Of a stretch of DNA of 50,276 bases, positions 48,821-50,276 are shown piece by piece. Numbering within the stretch: position 1 is the stretch's first letter; each line of letters begins with the position of its first letter. The notes beneath the pieces are model-generated. The model was not told the DNA's origin, made no database searches, and saw only the letters and a program-made list of their open reading frames with translations. This stretch comes from Thiotrichales bacterium. GTDB taxonomy: Bacteria > Pseudomonadota > Gammaproteobacteria > CAZUMV01. The translations under genes were made by a program, and so were the position numbers. The stretch spans positions 1-50,276 of the forward strand of contig DTYI01000244.1 of the NCBI GenBank assembly GCA_012961935.1, given 5' to 3'.

Positions 48821-49233
48821 GGATCTATCAACGGTTCGACTTTGGCTTTTTCGCGAATCCAGTTCATCGTGTTGAACACAGCAGGTTGTTTTGCAAACCA
48901 GCGTTCGAGCATGAACTTGCCGGGGAAATCAGTCAGCCCGACACCGACCAGAATGGTCAGAATACCCTGCCCCGGCAGTACCAACATCACAATCCCGGTC
49001 AGGATTAAAATGACTCCAAAACTATTTTTCAGAAGACGAATGATGGAATACATAAAGGGATGAAACCTGCGCAATTTTGAAGGATGGCGTTTTTTGTCGA
49101 CAAAATAATCAGCGGGCAGTTTCACGATCAGCCAGGGGGTCAGTATCAGGGAGGCAATAAAAGTGACAGCCGAAAGGATCGCCAGCCAGGTGATCCATTG
49201 CGTGAGCATCGGGAATTCTCCGAGCCAGCTCAA
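48817..49233 (-). CDS. Small 3-TM membrane protein (LPGQG, PGPGW-like motif)
   Basis: 138-aa ORF with 4-nt overlaps to both neighbours, so it is translationally coupled. Confidence 0.6.
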   Translation of the reverse strand: MSWLGEFPMLTQWITWLAILSAVTFIASLILTPWLIVKLPADYFVDKKRHPSKLRRFHPFMYSIIRLLKNSFGVILILTGIVMLVLPGQGILTILVGVGLTDFPGKFMLERWFAKQPAVFNTMNWIREKAKVEPLIDP

Positions 49234-49817
49234 GTGTTTTTCTCCTTGTGTGATAGCAACAGTAGAATGGCCGCAATGAGGCCGCCGGTGAAGCCATATA
49301 AATGTGCATCGAACAACACATGGCCGCCGATCAGTTTTTCAGTACCCGCCGAGGTGCGCGTAATCTGCTCCCAGGCCAGTTTACCGATGACAATCACCAT
49401 CACCGCGATGGAAAAAGCACGCTCGCGCTGAAAGCTGAAAACCGCTCCCGCAATCAGCAGCCCGTGCAAAATACCCGAAAGCCCGACATACCAGCCAACC
49501 TCCGGCGAAAACCACCACAGGCCAACATCCACAGCCGCCAGGCTGAACAGAAAAACGAACACAAATTTAAGCGTAGACCAATATTGCCAGAACAACGCCA
49601 CGATCAACCCCAGCCCCGCCAGATTCAGCGCCAGATGCACCCAGCCCAGATGCAGCAAATGCCCTGAGAACAACCGCCACCCCTCACCGAGAAGGATTGC
49701 CGCCCGGTCATAACGCACCTGCAATTGAGCTGCTTCAGGCAACGCCTGCAATAGCACGGTTGAGAGTACGAGTAGTAGCAACAGAACCGGCAGCCGCCAG
49801 GAACCGTTTTTTTGCAT
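49230..49817 (-). CDS. rrtA: Rhomboid-family intramembrane serine protease, short form, probable rhombosortase
   Basis: The track ORF runs to 49922. The internal ATG at 49817 (MQKNGSWRLPVLLLLL) gives 195 aa. Motifs are YDRAAILLGEGWRLFSGHLLHLGWVHLALN, GLSGILHG (GxSG) and AHLYGFTGG (His). Size and N-terminal motif fit the rhombosortase subfamily. Confidence 0.65.
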   Translation of the reverse strand: MQKNGSWRLPVLLLLLVLSTVLLQALPEAAQLQVRYDRAAILLGEGWRLFSGHLLHLGWVHLALNLAGLGLIVALFWQYWSTLKFVFVFLFSLAAVDVGLWWFSPEVGWYVGLSGILHGLLIAGAVFSFQRERAFSIAVMVIVIGKLAWEQITRTSAGTEKLIGGHVLFDAHLYGFTGGLIAAILLLLSHKEKNT

Positions 49818-49928
49818 AAAATCCTTGCTGTCAAAAACCAGTGATAATAGTATCAGAACCGGTACGGATCGTTCTGGGAGCAAAACGGGCGATCCGGTGA
49901 AAACAAGGAAAGAGTAAAACAATATTCA

Positions 49929-50276
49929 CTAAGCTTAGCAAAACCTGAGGAACGATTAGGTGTAAAGGAATACATTGCAGAAATCGAGAAGGTGGAAGAT
50001 GAAGAAATACACAGGCAGCTGGAACATTTAATATATACCGTACGTGATATTCTTGAAGGTAATACTGATAGCGATTACTACCTTATCGCTGAAGCCTCAT
50101 CGCTTTTAGAACAACCATTGAAGAATTTAGTTCAAGAACTAAGCGATTGGAAATCTTTCTTGGTTAATAGATCGTACTTGAAGAAATATAGAGAGCTAAT
50201 TAGCGAATTAATAGACTATGAACTAAGATTAGGTGCTTACGTAGCAAAAAATCCAGAAGCTAAAGTAAAAGACATC
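49929..50276 (+). CDS. AT-rich partial ORF of unknown function, open to the window end, with no in-frame ATG
   Basis: The frame is open from 49851 to 50276. The translation is ...LSLAKPEERLGVKEYIAEIEKVEDEEIHRQLEHLIYTVRDILEGNTDSDYYLIAEASS...KNPEAKVKDI. The only canonical start candidate is GTG at 49992. Codon usage (tta, aga, ata) differs from the rest of the window. Confidence 0.35.

Noticed and set aside
49930-49937. AAGCTT (HindIII) site exactly at the GC-content break, which could indicate a cloning or chimeric junction
   Set aside because: AAGCTT also occurs elsewhere in the window (for example near 5690 and 5766). A single 6-mer is not evidence, and only read-level data can address chimerism.

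Overview
About 50 kb of chromosomal DNA with the gene content of a sulfur-oxidising, probably autotrophic gammaproteobacterium. It carries fccAB flavocytochrome c sulfide dehydrogenase, a DabA/DabB-type inorganic-carbon module, PFOR and NnrS. It also has the Pseudomonas-like argH / algZ-algR / hemCDXY arrangement. I support about 45 protein-coding genes and saw no rRNA, tRNA, CRISPR array or obvious IS/transposase.

Most notable, in order of interest:

1. A translationally coupled five-gene operon (5794-15135, minus strand) embeds a long DabA (DUF2309) with intact beta-CA-like Zn-ligand motifs among four complex-I/Mrp antiporter-like subunits, instead of the usual two-gene dabAB unit. It is followed by an uncharacterised 380-aa protein whose Cys/Asp...His...Cys spacing resembles LCIB-type beta-carbonic anhydrases. 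This is my best candidate for an undescribed CO2-uptake complex.

2. A qseE/glrK - qseG - glrR-like three-component module has a divergent partner gene encoding a secreted two-EF-hand protein. That gene sits behind a perfect sigma54 promoter, with CGTC-N10-GAC(A/G) repeats upstream that match the enterobacterial GlrR site architecture.

3. FNR/Dnr-type boxes lie upstream of nifJ and nnrS, correctly spaced for class II activation.

4. A perfect 21-bp inverted-repeat pair bounds a roughly 200-bp intergenic element between hemY and putA.

5. The composition drops abruptly to about 35% GC at the right edge, where an ORF has no ATG.

The remainder is ordinary housekeeping: arginine, polyamine, proline and heme metabolism, a c-di-GMP enzyme, proteases and a rhombosortase-like operon. 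All functional calls rest on motif recognition by eye. No database search was possible.
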